A DNA stretch of 63,875 nucleotides, filler included, from Octopus bimaculoides (taxonomy: Eukaryota): the NCBI RefSeq assembly GCF_001194135.2. It is 6 parts of 6 records of this genome, joined end to end, with 100 filler letters (N's around TTAATTAATTAA, not from the genome) between each part and the next. Parts side by side here need not be neighbours in the genome. Positions count along the whole stretch, not along the records: positions 1 to 16,903 come from NC_068985.1; 5 more parts are not named here. One strand, 5' to 3'. The translations under genes were made by a program, and so were the position numbers. The notes under the pieces were generated by a model. The model had not been told where the DNA came from. It worked only from the letters and a program-made list of their open reading frames with translations, and did no database searches. Positions 1-12,895 of this stretch are shown piece by piece; position 1 is the first letter of the stretch, and each line of letters begins with the position of its first letter.

Positions 1-1075
1 TATTTATATTTATATATATATCGTATATTTATAAAGAGGGCAAATTTAGCCATTTCTCCGTAGATTGAAAAAAAAAATGATGAACAACTTTAATCGATTT
101 CCGAACATTATTGGGTTCTCATCAGAGGCGTAGTGGTTCAAACAAGAAAAATACAACTTATGTTGAGTCAGTCTAAATAAGTATAGATTTATTCATCAGA
201 GAAAGTTACATAGTGACTGAAGGTTCAAGAGTTTCGTGCAGAGGCACATATCAAGCTAATTAAATCAACGTTTTCTATATAAAACGAAAAAGCAGGACAC
301 TATCGGAAACAGATATGACACAGATACTATTTTATATATAGGCAGGAAGACTTTTGGTTAATAATATGACAATTAAGGCAAGATAAAAATATGAAAGTCG
401 TCTATATATATATAAGGCATTCTGCCTAAACTACGTCTTTAAGATATGATTTGTTAGTAGTAACGCTAAAAGGAAACTATTTCCTAACGAACTCAAGAGA
501 AGGATAAAAAGAGCAGACAGAGAGGAATAAAGACAAAAAGGAAAGTAAAGATTGAATGAAAACGTGAATCAAGACTAAAGTTGGAGTTGAAAAAAAAGGC
601 ACTTACCCAGGCAGTGGTCAAGCAAATAATGGTCCTTTTGTATTGAAATAATTCTGAAGGGGCTTTATTTTTAGACTGGGGTCAAACGGTCGAATCTATT
701 CAACCATGTTTTAAGTCTTTAGCAACACCAATTACAAAGAACTTGGGAGTGGTACTAAAAGATGGAGAGAAGTATTGACAGGCAGAAACTGGGTGGGAGC
801 TGTCTTCAATAATTCAAGTAATACTATATGTTCAAAATTAACCATACATGCTGGTTTTGTTGTTGTTATTGTTGCTGCTACTGTTGTTATTGTCACTTAC
901 TTTTTTGTATTTTGACGCTACTTGCCTTCAGAACTCCCTAGGGAATTTTATGCTAGCTTCATCACTTTTATTTATTTATATATTTATTTTTTTCTTTGTT
1001 TTGAAACGAGATCGAACTTCAGCATTTTATACCGATAGATTTTAGACACTTTTTTCCTGCAACTGGTAAGATTAT

Positions 1076-1163
1076 GTAGGGGGTGCAAATTTTGATCTTG
1101 CACCCCCTGAAAATTCTAGGGGGTGCGGGTGCACTCGCTGCACCCCATGTTCCCGGGCCCTTG
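1076..1163. mobile_element. GC-rich DNA-transposon-like end with nested GGGGGTGCA/TGCACCCCC palindromes
   Basis: gggggtgcaaattttgatcttgcaccccctgaaaattctagggggtgcgggtgcactcgctgcacccc. Confidence 0.4.
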
Positions 1164-2844
1164 CCAATATTGATCTTTTAGCAATAAAACAAAGAAAACC
1201 GGTGTAATTAGCCGAGAAGTTAATAAAAATACAAAACTATTGTTTTAAAGTTATAAAGTTAGAAAATATTTTGTTCACATTATTCTATCAGTCATGCTTG
1301 TGTATAACAAAAATACTGTAGCATTAGCGTAGATTTTATTTAAAGATTCAAATATATTTTGTTTTTGGAAACCACTGCCCCCCTAGCTTGTTAAAAGAGG
1401 GACACATTGGGTATTGTAGCCTAAAAGAAGTGTTAGTCGCGGTTAGATTATTTTTGGTCATTGTTTTGCTCAGCCCAGTCTGACCTTGGACCAAACAACG
1501 ATAAATCTCGACTGAAACTTATCTGAGGCTAAACTATTCATTCGTTTTAATCACCCTTTAAATCAACGATGGGTCCTATTTTATGCAGTGGTTCGATTTG
1601 TCAGAAATACCAGCTGCATTTTTTCCTTAAATCCCACCAGACTGTCTTTAATAAATTTAAAAAAAAAAAAGGCAGGGACATGTTGAATAATATCACCTGA
1701 GATACATTTTCTCTGAAAAGACAAAAAAAGTGGAACATAATCTTTGGCGAGAAGTTTTTCCTTGATAAAACCTGACCTTGGGCTAAACAACAACAACAAC
1801 AATCACTTTTTAATCTTAGTTCATAATGATCCATATTGGTTTGGAAAACTCTTATCAATCTTATGATAAACATTGAACTCTGCTGTCTGAAATTGCGTAA
1901 TAAAATGATAAAATGTCTAATGACGTCTAGAAAAAAAGTCCATTTATAAAATTTCGGATGTAGAACTTCATATCTACTGATATCAGTTCCGGGAAATTAT
2001 CCGTAACATTAGATTATTTTGTAATGCTGAAACATAAGGTTGCATTAATTGCAACGGTTTTAGGTTAAAGTGGTTCTATCTCGGGTTAAAGTTAGTTCTA
2101 AGGTCAATGAGGAAATAAATACATTTCTTATCTTTAGATTGGATGCTCGAATATTGATGACACTGGTCGTTACATTAAGGTTGCTGAGACATAAGAATAA
2201 TTTGAGATGGAATAGATAAAATAATGCTTCCAATGATCGTTATGTGTTTGATAGAACTTTCTTTGAAAAGACAATCGGCGCTTGAAGAAAGAGCTTCAAG
2301 GTAAAAATGGTGACATTAAGAGGAAAGTAGTTTATATCTGTATTGAGGCCATCTCCCGTTATATCATCGGAATTACATGAACAAAACGGAATCTGTGAGC
2401 AGAATGCTCTATTACAGCTATGTCTCAAATGAAAGCATTTTTACGTGGAAGTTTGCCCTGCTAAGAATAATAGCTAAGTTTCTCTTCAGTTACTTTCCTT
2501 TACGATGAGAAAATAGTAAGCTTTCGATGTTTGTACATATAACAGTAGACGTCGAAGTTAAACTGAAAAAAAAATAATAATTACCAATAACTAGCAATGA
2601 CAAATACAAAAAATATTTTTCTTGAGGTATTTCATTTTTTGTTTTTTCAACTTCGGCAGTTTTCGAATAAGACAATAGCAAATACACTTTTATACCAGGT
2701 TTCCAGCATGTGCGGGGGGTGTGGATTATTACATATTGCCAAATAATGTCAGAGACAATAACTCAACTGTTTGCAAAGTGAAATCAGGTGTATGAACGAA
2801 TGTACTAACGAAATTTGTGTTCAAATATACATTTAAATAACAAT

Positions 2845-2934
2845 GGGTTCGCTCGGCCGGCTGCGGTCGGGTTAGTCTTATGAACCAAAAAAATTTTCGG
2901 CCGGCTACGGCCGGGTTAGTAACGAAAGGGTTAA
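2845..2934 (-). mobile_element. piggyBac-like terminus
   Basis: Minus strand TTAA|CCCTTTCGTTAC; two subterminal 24-bp repeats tcggccggct(g/a)cgg(t/c)cgggttagt. Confidence 0.6.
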
Positions 2935-3447
2935 TAGTGTTATAGACCCCTTAAGAAATCAATGCACGGTGCTTTGTTAAATTTTATTTATTGACAGCAA
3001 ACAACCACAGCATTCATTAATCAGAACTGGGTCTCTAGACCCGTGAATTCCCCAGGCAAATGACCAGCATGGCCATTCCTTAAGACGGCACTGACAGCAT
3101 GCATAGATTAATATTTGGTCCCTCTACCCATAGGGCTGCAAGCAAATACCTTGTGTGTCCATGCTTTCAGATGACGACACAGGGCATGACCACAGATTGA
3201 ACATGTTTGATCATAGGTCTGATGGATCAAGATTAATCTGTGGGTCAACAACATTGAAATTTGTAATGATAATCTGTCAAAATCTCCATCAGGTTGTCAT
3301 CAATTGTGTTTTACGAAAAGCAAAACCTCACCAAACTACTTTAAATTGGAACCTCAAATGTAAAACAATAAATGGTTATGGAATTATATAGATTCTTGGT
3401 TATCTGTGTTAGGCAACATAATAATATGTTGTTCAATATTCTTTAAC

Positions 3448-5125
3448 TGGCTGTGTGGTAAGAAGCTTGCTCTCCAATCACATGGTTCTGGGTTCAGTCC
3501 CTCTTCGTTGCACCTTGGGCAAATGTCTTCTATAGCCTAGGAGTGATCAAAGATTTGTGAGTGGATTTGGTAGAGAGAAAGCGTAAGAAATCCATCACAT
3601 GTATACATACTTGTGTGTGTCTTTGTGTTTGTCCCCCACCACTGCTTCACAACCGTCATTGGTGTGTTTCCATGCCCACAACATAGTGGTTTAGCAAGAA
3701 ATGTTGATAGAATAAGTACTAGACTTAAAAACAAAGTGCTGGGGTCGATTCATTCAACTACAAACTCCTCAAGGCAGTGCCCCAGCATGGACACAGTCTA
3801 AAGACAGAAACAAGTTAAAAAAAGTAATAAAATTATGACAACAAAACCTATGGATAACAGGAATAGATTTTGTTAAAAAGCTTTTTTCTTAAATTTCGTG
3901 TAGCTGTGTAATAGGAAGCTTGCTTTTCAACCATATGGTTCTGGGTTCAGTATCCATCCTTGGCACATTGGCAAGTGTCTTCTACTACAGCCTTGGGCCA
4001 ACCAAAGCCTTACAAGTGAATTTCATAGATGGAAACTGAAAAAATCCCTTCGCATATATATCTGTGTGTCTTTGTGATTGTGTTTGTATCCCCCCACCAT
4101 CACAACTTGACAACTGGTGTTGGTGTGTTTACATCCCCATAACTTAGCAGTTCAGCAAAAAAGGCTAATAGAATAAGCTCCAGGCTTGAGAGAAAAAGAC
4201 GTACTGGGGTGATTCATTCAACTAAAACCCTTCAAGGCCCAAAGAGAGAAAAGTTTTCCAATGCTAAACAGTTGGTTAGACGTTCTTGAAATCTTGTTGG
4301 CCTTGGTATATTATTAATATTCTTACTGGTGTATTTAGAATTATTTATTATATGCATGCACATACTTTGTACACATGTGACAGTGTTTACTGTCATTGTT
4401 AGATATGTTTAAATGTTGTACATAAGAAGAAATATTAAACACGGAATGTCTCTCTCAATTGTTCGTTATCGTTAGCAATTCTGAGGATATTTTCCTAGAC
4501 TTGGTGTTGTTGTCAAATTTATTATAAATGAAATGTACTTTACTCCCCCTCCATTCCGGACCTCATGTCTCTCTGACAAAATTGTTCATTGATAAAGGCA
4601 AAAGCATCTACAAAGCTCCTGGTTTTAAGTTAATTCCAGTTAGTTTTGTCAATATGAAGAGCAATGTTTGGTGTATAATGTGTATGTGCAATATCAATGC
4701 CTTCATTTCCTTGTTATCATCATGCTGCTTTCAACATGTGTTAACCTTGGTTATGGTCACTGCTCTAGGAATTTTTTGTTATTGTATCACTTTTTGAGCT
4801 CTTTAATTTGGGATGTGAGATTTTACACTTGAATGGTTCTGCATGGCACCTTGGGCAAGTATCCTCTACTATAGCCCTTAGCCAACCTAAAGCCTTGTGA
4901 GTAGATTTGGTAGATGGAAAATGAAAGAAGCCACTCTGTGTGTGAGTGTCACCACTGCATGACAGCTGGTGTTGGTTTATTTATATCCCTGTTACCTAGC
5001 AGTTTGGCAAATGAAACAAAATAAGCATCAGGCTTATTCTGGGATCAATTTGTTCAACTAAAGCCTTTTCAAGATGGTACCCCAGCATGACCACAGTCCA
5101 ATGACTGAAACAAGTGAAGGATAAA
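3448..5125 (+). mobile_element. Three degenerate copies of SINE family B (about 3448-3823, 3897-4245, 4830-5125)
   Basis: Shared ggctgtgtggtaagaagcttgc...caccttgggcaagtgtcttct...gatttggtagatggaaactg...ccagcatgg...gaaacaag. Confidence 0.75.
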
Positions 5126-5736
5126 AGAGCAAGGTAGAAGGATCACAATCGTTGGGTAAATCATTCATTGCTGTTTAATATCATCCATACTTCTGTGAAG
5201 GTGTTGGTAAACCAACAGAAACACACACACACACACATGCTCTGACGTTCATATCCAGTCATTTAAGATTGTTATTCCTTGCTGTCTCTGTCATTCAAAC
5301 TGAATTGGATATCTTCTGAATCATGGGTTCAAGAGAGATATCATACTCTTCACTTTAAAAGTTGAATGCACTTGTAGAAGTGTTATTAGCTGAGAGTTAA
5401 TGGAGTTTTAAAAAATGGATGATTTTACTGTACTGGTAGAAGGAAATTAATATCTATTGAGACAATTTGGTTGATATTAAAAGTATATACTACTAAAGAT
5501 CTCAGCCTGATACATCAACACTTTTAGTGTTCACCTAGCTTTATTTTCTTTATCTTTCCATCACATAGTTTATTTTGGACTCGTTTATAAAGATATCATT
5601 GTGGATGACTATTTTTACATTTGATATTTAATCCTAAATCAGGCTTCACCAAGAAAATCTACCATGAAAAATTATTATCAGCCAATCTTCTTAAACATAT
5701 CTCAGACTACAATGTCTAATATATTCTTCTCAATTA

Positions 5737-5990
5737 CAAGGGTCAGCTGAAAAGTTCACAGACTGACTAAGCTACTCTCATGGAATGTGACCAACTAAAG
5801 TTTATTTTTCAGCGTAGTCCCCTCTGTGGTCCTCACATTTTTTTCTTATTAGTGTTTCAGTGCTTAGATCGCATTGGTGAAGAAGCTTTCATCCTGTAGG
5901 CCAAAAAGTCATTAAAATCAGATATGACTTCATCACCTCTGTGATACTGGTTCCCAGGCAACTGTTTTTACAAGTTGGGAAATGTAATAA
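5737..5990 (+). mobile_element. mariner-like terminal relic
   Basis: TA|CAAGGGTCAGCTGAAAAGTT resembles mariner TIRs; partner end not found. Confidence 0.45.
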
Positions 5991-6202
5991 TCATACATTA
6001 TCTCATAGCTCTCAGATATTGATGATATGGTTGTTTGCTTTTTTGATTGACACTAGTATAAGTGTGGTAGGTTAGAGCTGGTCAGTTTGAACATAAACAA
6101 AATAGAATCTTTGGGCCGGATATGGTCAGTTTAAATGCTAAAAGATTATAAGGAATGCTGCACTCTAGTTGTTGCAGAATTTGAAACTTCTATACCTATT
6201 GG

Positions 6203-6582
6203 GGAGGCACAATGGCCCAGTGGTTAGGGCAGCAGACACGCGGTCATAGGATCGCGGTTTCGATTCCCAGACCGGGCGTTGTGAGTGTTTATTGAGCGAA
6301 AGCACCTAAAGCTCCACGAGGCTCCGGCAGGGTATGGTAGCGAACCCTGCTGCACTCTTTCACCACAACTTTCTCTCACTCTTACTTCCTGTTTCTGTTG
6401 TACCTGTAATTCAAAGGGTCAGCCTTGTCACACTGTGTCATGCTGAATATCCCCGAGAACTACATTAAGGGTACACGTGTCTGTGGAGTGCTCAGCCACT
6501 TGCATGTTAATTTCATGAGCAGGCTGTTCCGTTGATCGGATCAACTGGAACCCTCGACGTCGTAAGCGACGGAGTGCCAACA
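6203..6582 (+). mobile_element. tRNA-derived SINE family A, full length, 11-bp TSD ATACCTATTGG
   Basis: A-box-like tggcccagtggttagg and B-box-like ggtttcgattccc; TSD at 6192-6202 and 6583-6593; near-identical to two other copies. Confidence 0.9.
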
Positions 6583-7527
6583 ATACCTATTGGTCAACAA
6601 TGTAGTATTTTGTTCTTATTAGTATCATGTGCTTTATTTGCATTTATAAATTCTCAATTTCATCTTAATGATGATAGCAAGTTTTAAAAAATCACAAAAA
6701 AAAAATGTTCTGTTTTACATTTTTCATGTCTATCTGAAATGACTGACAATTTGAATACGATTAAGTAAATATATTTGTATGATGGAACATTTACAACTAT
6801 ATGAGCAAATTTAGTTTGAAATCACTTCTAAACACAAGCTTTAACATCATCGTTATTGTCATCATCATTAGCATTATTGTTATTCATAATCATCATCATT
6901 GTGCATAATGTTTGAGGATTTCAATAATGAAAAATTATAGCAATCATTTCAAAATAGGATAAGTCCTCCACACGTGTACACACAAGCATGCACACAGAAA
7001 CACACACACATGCACGCATGTATACACACACACACATCCATGCATACACTTTTCTATATATGTCTCATTTCCTTTCTCACTTCTTGAATGAGTATTGTTT
7101 TCTTGAATTGATTGTTAATTATGTATGTATTTAAGAGTTTGATATTTAAATAATGAACAGGAAAAAATGTATTTATATTTTCAAATCTATTTGTGATACA
7201 CATAAATTCTTTCACTTATTTGCACACACACACACACACACACACTCACATATCTATATGTGTGAGAGAAGGAACAGAGAGAGAGAGAGAGAGGGAGGGA
7301 GAGATGGAAATAATTTAAAATCTTATAACTTGGAAAAACATCTATAAGTATAATTATCCAATCTGAACTGTAGTTGATACATACATGCATATGTACATGC
7401 ACACACATACATATATGCATCATTTTAAAGAAAGCAGTAAGGTTTCACACATGCATACATTCTGATGTGTACTCTCTCAAGGCCAAAAACACAATAACTT
7501 AAGTTTCTGTTGTTTTTCTTTTGCTTG

Positions 7528-7571
<44 letters not shown>

Positions 7572-8611
7572 NNNNNNNNNNTATATACATCTATATATAT
7601 ATATATACATCTATATATTTATATACATACATACATACACACTATATTCTTTCTTTCCCAAGGCGAGGATTACAGTCTAATCTTAATCCTTTCAAATTAA
7701 TCTATGATATTTTTCTACTTCATTAAGATACTTATTTAGGATTCTACAGTCTTCAATATCACTATTCACATAGGATCAGTTTTCATTGATGACAATCCCC
7801 ATATCAGACCTTCTGAGCAATTAATTTGAAGATTAATATCTTAATGAATATTTTAAGTTCATGTTATATTTTGAAGTTATTGAGTGAGTTTTGATTTATT
7901 TATCTATTTAAGTCTTATCATTATATATTAATATTTTTTATATTTACGTATAAGATTCTTTACCAGTTTTGTCTTAAATTTAACTTGAATTACATAGTTT
8001 TATTACATAGTAATCTTTTTCTAAAAAAAAGATTTTCTTTTAAAAGTTTCTGATTTATGAATTCACCTTGAATTCATGCTTTGACAAAATCTCATACTTT
8101 ATGTGTATGGAATCATTTTCTCTATACAACTGTTTTCTCATTTATCTTTTTCTACATGTAACATGTAAAAAATAGAAAATAAAGATTCATTTTTGGTTGA
8201 AATATATCATTGTAGCAGTTGTGATTTCAGTCATTTCTTTCTAAAGCCCTAGGACCGTTTTTGTATCATATGTATATATGGAATATAGTAGACTAAATAC
8301 TTGCATTATTAAACTCTTCTGGATTTGCAAAGGTGATGCCACTAAGATAGATATCTTAAAGCATCTTATATAGTTCTCTAATATCTAATTGCTAATTAAT
8401 AACATTTCAAATTGATTAAGCTGATTTGGTTTCATTTACATTTATTAATTCTTTCTCTTTATTTATGTTATAATAAATATTACTCAGCAAGTTTGATAAA
8501 AGCTGTGGAACCAAAAGTCCCTATAGCACAGCAGCTAATATTCAATCATTTAAATTAACACATTTGACAAAATTAAAGAAAAAAAAATTGTCACTTTTCT
8601 CTCTCTTCCTT

Positions 8612-8990
8612 ATTCTTTTTACTCTTTTACTTGTTTCAGTCATTAGACTGTGGCCATGCTGGGGTACCACCTTGAAGAATTTTAGTCAAATGCAATGAAT
8701 TCAGTATATCTTAATGTCTAAGCCTGGTACTTATTCTGCTGGTTTCTTTTGTTGAACTGCTAAGTTACAGGCATGTAAAAACATGAACACCAGTTGTCAA
8801 GCAGTGGTGGGACACACACACATATATACAACAGGCTTCTTTCAGTTTCCGTCTACCAGATCCACTCAAAAGGTTTTAATTGGCCCAAGGCTATAGTAGA
8901 TATTTGCACAAGGTGCCTTGCAGTGGACCTGAACCCAGAACTATGTGATTTGGAAGGAAGCTTCTTACAACACTGTCACTCCTGCACCTT
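8612..8990 (-). mobile_element. SINE family B copy
   Basis: Reverse complement of the family B pattern (cttgtttcagtcattagactgtggccatgctgg ... ttcttacaacactgtcac). Confidence 0.75.
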
Positions 8991-9646
8991 ACATTAAGTA
9001 AGATTTATTTATGAAAATATGGGAGATGAATTTATTAGATTATTTTTAGAAAAGCTTCTTTTCATAACTTAGCCAATTTCATGAGGTTGTTGTAGATGAG
9101 AGACAATCTCTTGAATAATAGTTATTTCAAATTTTGGCACAATGACAGCAATTTTAGTGGTTGAGGTGTTTGTCAATTATATCGACCCCTGTGATCAACT
9201 GGTATTTATTTGATTGACCTTGAAAGGCTGACAGTTAAGGTTGACCTCAGTGAAATTTGAACTCAGAATGCAATGGGAATCAGAATATATGCCACTATGC
9301 ATTTTGTCTGATATGCTAACAATTCTGTCAACTCATGACCTTAATCTCTTGAAGAATAATAGTTGTATTAATGGTTTCAAATTTTGGCGCAAGGCCAGAA
9401 AGTTCAAACAAGCAGGTAAGTCGATTATATCAGTCCTAGTATTCAACTGGTACTTATTTTATCAACCCCCAAATGGATGAAAAGCAAAGTTGACCTCAGA
9501 ATGTAAAGACAGATGAAATGCCACTAAGCATTTTGTTCGGGGGGTAATGGCTCTGCCAACACAAGTAATACCAGACTGTATTCTGTTACAAGCAAATTAG
9601 CTAGGTGAGAAAATCTCTATAAAAGATGAAAGCAGTAAATATACTG

Positions 9647-9820
9647 AGAAGTAATGTTTATCACCATATCAACATAGCTGTTCCATAGGAACTGATGTTA
9701 CTACCAAGTGCAGACTGCATCAAATGACCAGCTGCAGGAGGTTTCCTCCTGGGGTTACAATGGTAGTGATGTCAGTTCCTATGGAACAGTCATGTTGAAG
9801 TGGCAATAACCATTACTTCT
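9647..9820. mobile_element. MITE-like element with about 60-bp inverted arms
   Basis: Perfect 18-bp core ctgttccataggaactga (9678-9695) / tcagttcctatggaacag (9772-9789), extended by imperfect arms. Confidence 0.7.
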
Positions 9821-10753
9821 TATGTTATGTAACTTTCCTTGAAAACCTTGGTGCTAATTTATCCTTTAAAGAAAGAGAAGGAATTTAAAAAAATAAATGT
9901 TGTCTTGAGACAACTAACAGACTAACAATGGATAGGAAGTCATAACCCAAGAGTTGGTCATTCAATTTCTCAGTCGCTTCATAATTCTGAAAATGAGGAT
10001 ACTAGACATTAAATCTAGTGGCTTTGCATGTTTGACATAGTTTCTGTGTTGAAACCATAACCTGTTTGTGCACAACTTATTTTGGTCTGTTTAGCTGCAA
10101 AGTTGATATTGATATCAACTACATATTTAAGTAGGAAAAATCTAATACAAAAATATTTTATTATTATTATCATTTTTTTTTTCATATAATGCGAATAAGA
10201 ATTGATAAAACCATTGATTTAGAGAAGTCAGCTTATAGCAGATTCATTCATTTTCTGTTTACTCTCTTTCTTTCTTCATGTCCCCTCCCACATCTTACTT
10301 CTTTGTTTTATTTCAGTCTTATCTTTTCTAAATGTCAAGAGAAAGATTAAATTGGTGTTCGAAGACTCCAGAACTAATAATGATTACACATTTAAGATTT
10401 TGGAAGAAATAGTTTAGAATATGTTATCATTTTAGGGCCATATATTTAGTGTGAAGAAAATGGAATTCAGAGTTGGGTTAGCAGCACTCTGTATGAGTTG
10501 CTATTATTTTCACTGATATTAGCTGCTGTAATTTAATTTTTCTTTTATCATTGGAATGGTAAAATAGTTTGGCAGTCAATAATGAGTTACATTTTATTCT
10601 GCATGGACACGTTGTTATTATAATCTGTGTGTGAGTATCTACATGATTATATATATATAAATATGTCTACATACATAATGATATAATTTGTTGTATTGAT
10701 GGAGGTGGAGTATGTAATACATACATACACATACATATGCATAAAACATACAC

Positions 10754-10798
<45 letters not shown>

Positions 10799-12703
10799 AT
10801 ACGAGAAAGAAAGAACAAGTGAAATAAACATATGTAATTGCCTGCTTTTATTAATGAGAAAGTAAAATCTATCATTATAACAAATTGAATTTAAAATCAT
10901 ATTCCAGCATTGGTGTTTCTGTCTTTCTTTTCTACTGTGTCTTTATTTTATTGTTTTAACAATTTCTGTAATTTGACAGTTTTCTATATTTTGTATGTAT
11001 TCCTCACTGCAGCTGCAGCCAAATTCATATAGAATAATAGAGTTTGTTTATTTAGAGCTGAAGACTTGGTCATGATACTTTATAACATTTAGGTTGACAC
11101 TGCAAGCTATTTGTCTGCCAATGGTTTCAGGGTTTATATCCTACCTGACAACTTTGTTATGCTGTGTCCATGGTCCAGATGATCACATCTGAAATGACCC
11201 AAATGATAATAATCACTTTGAGCTGTTAATGTTGAATGTATTCATAGGTTGTATAGCTGCATTCTACACAGTTCATTTAATTCTATGTCTTTGATATATG
11301 GCCTCAGATTTGTAGGGAAGTATTGCATAGTAAATTTAATTGACTCCAGTATATTCATCATTAGTTTTTTTCTTTTTCAATCTGAGAGACAGGTAACAAA
11401 ATGTCAACTCCATCCAGATCTGAACTCTGAACATGAAGGGATGTGAAAAATTAGTTTCAAATTTTGGCCCAAGGCCAGTGATTTGGGGATTATTGGGTAA
11501 GTCAATTACATTGGCTCCAGTACTCAACTAGCACCTATTTTATCAATCCTGAAAGGATGAAAGCAAAGCCAACCCCAGCAGAATTTGAAGTCAGACCAAA
11601 AACACAGATGAAATGTTGCTAAGCATTTTGTCCAACATGTTAACAATTCTGCCATCTGACTGATATAATGATGATGATAATCCCTTCTACCGTAAGCACA
11701 AGGCCTGAAATATTTAAGGGGAGGGGATTAGTCGATTACATTGACTGCAGTACACAACTGGTACTTACTTTATTGACCCTGAAAGGATGAAAGTTAGAAC
11801 CAACTTCTGTGGAATATAAACTCAGAATGTAAAAATGGATGAAATGCTGCTTAGCATTGTGCCATGCATGGCAACTATTCTGCCAGCTTGCTGCCTTATG
11901 GTATGTGCAATGCTGCAAGGTTTGTGCAACAAAAAATATAATAAGTTGGATAATGACTGAACATGTGATAAGTCAGTATCATAGGACTATGAATATATGG
12001 AGCTTTTAAATTTGCTAATATTCTTTATATATGGTATTCTTAAACGTGTGTATAGATTTTTTAAGACACTTTCTATTTTTGTCTAATCAAGTGAATAATT
12101 ATTAACAAAAAGCAAGATAGTGGACTTTGTTCAGAGACGAAATAGAATGGGTGCAGCAAGATGCGAATTTCTGGCTTAGTATTCAGTAATCCAACATCTA
12201 AAATTTCTGCTCACAGTTCTGTTTGTGTGTATGGATGCATAATAGCTTATTATTCAATGCTGGATCCTGAATATTTGTCTGGTGGAGGATTTTATGTTAT
12301 TTTATCTTTCTTTTTTATCTCCCATTGTATTGTCAGACTTGTTGAGGAATGCTTCGAGTGTGTCTCTCACATTCTATTAATTGTTTTATCACTTACCTCT
12401 CAAATGCTATGAAGCAGAAGAATGCGTTTATCCTTAGGATAAATTTGCCTTCCAAGTTTAGAGGTAGTGAATCCAAGGATTTAGCAATTATCTGCTAATT
12501 TTTTCTGTGGAATGAACTAAAATCTTACATATCTAGAGAGTCACTATCTTGCTTTTTTTTTTTTTTTGTCATACAAGATTTGCTTGTGTGTATTTGATTC
12601 ATATACATGCATTATGTGACTGATTTATCTGGACTAGTTTGATTTGGAATATTTTGGTTCCAGCAATTTTGCATTGAACTTGTTTCAAATCTTATTACCT
12701 CAT

Positions 12704-12895
12704 CATCATCATTTAACGTCCGTTGTCCATGCTGGCATGGGTTGGACAGTTTGACTGGGCTGGCATGCTGGAAGGCTGCACCAGGATCCAGTCTTATTTG
12801 GCATGGTTTTCTACAGCTGGATGCCCTTCCTAACACCAACCACTCCGAGAAAGTAATGGGTGCTTTTACATGCATAACACTGGTATCTGCCACAA
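12704..12895 (-). mobile_element. 3' end of RTE-type LINE with (ATG)n tail
   Basis: tcatcatcatttaacgtccgttgtccatgctggcatgggttggac...; same family as 58228-58511. Confidence 0.6.

Noticed and set aside
3000-3330. Degenerate coding-like stretch, perhaps a LINE endonuclease relic
   Set aside because: Motif similarity too weak to assign by eye.
6203-6275. tRNA-like heads of SINEs as tRNA genes
   Set aside because: They continue into a shared SINE body with TSDs; no full cloverleaf with acceptor stem.
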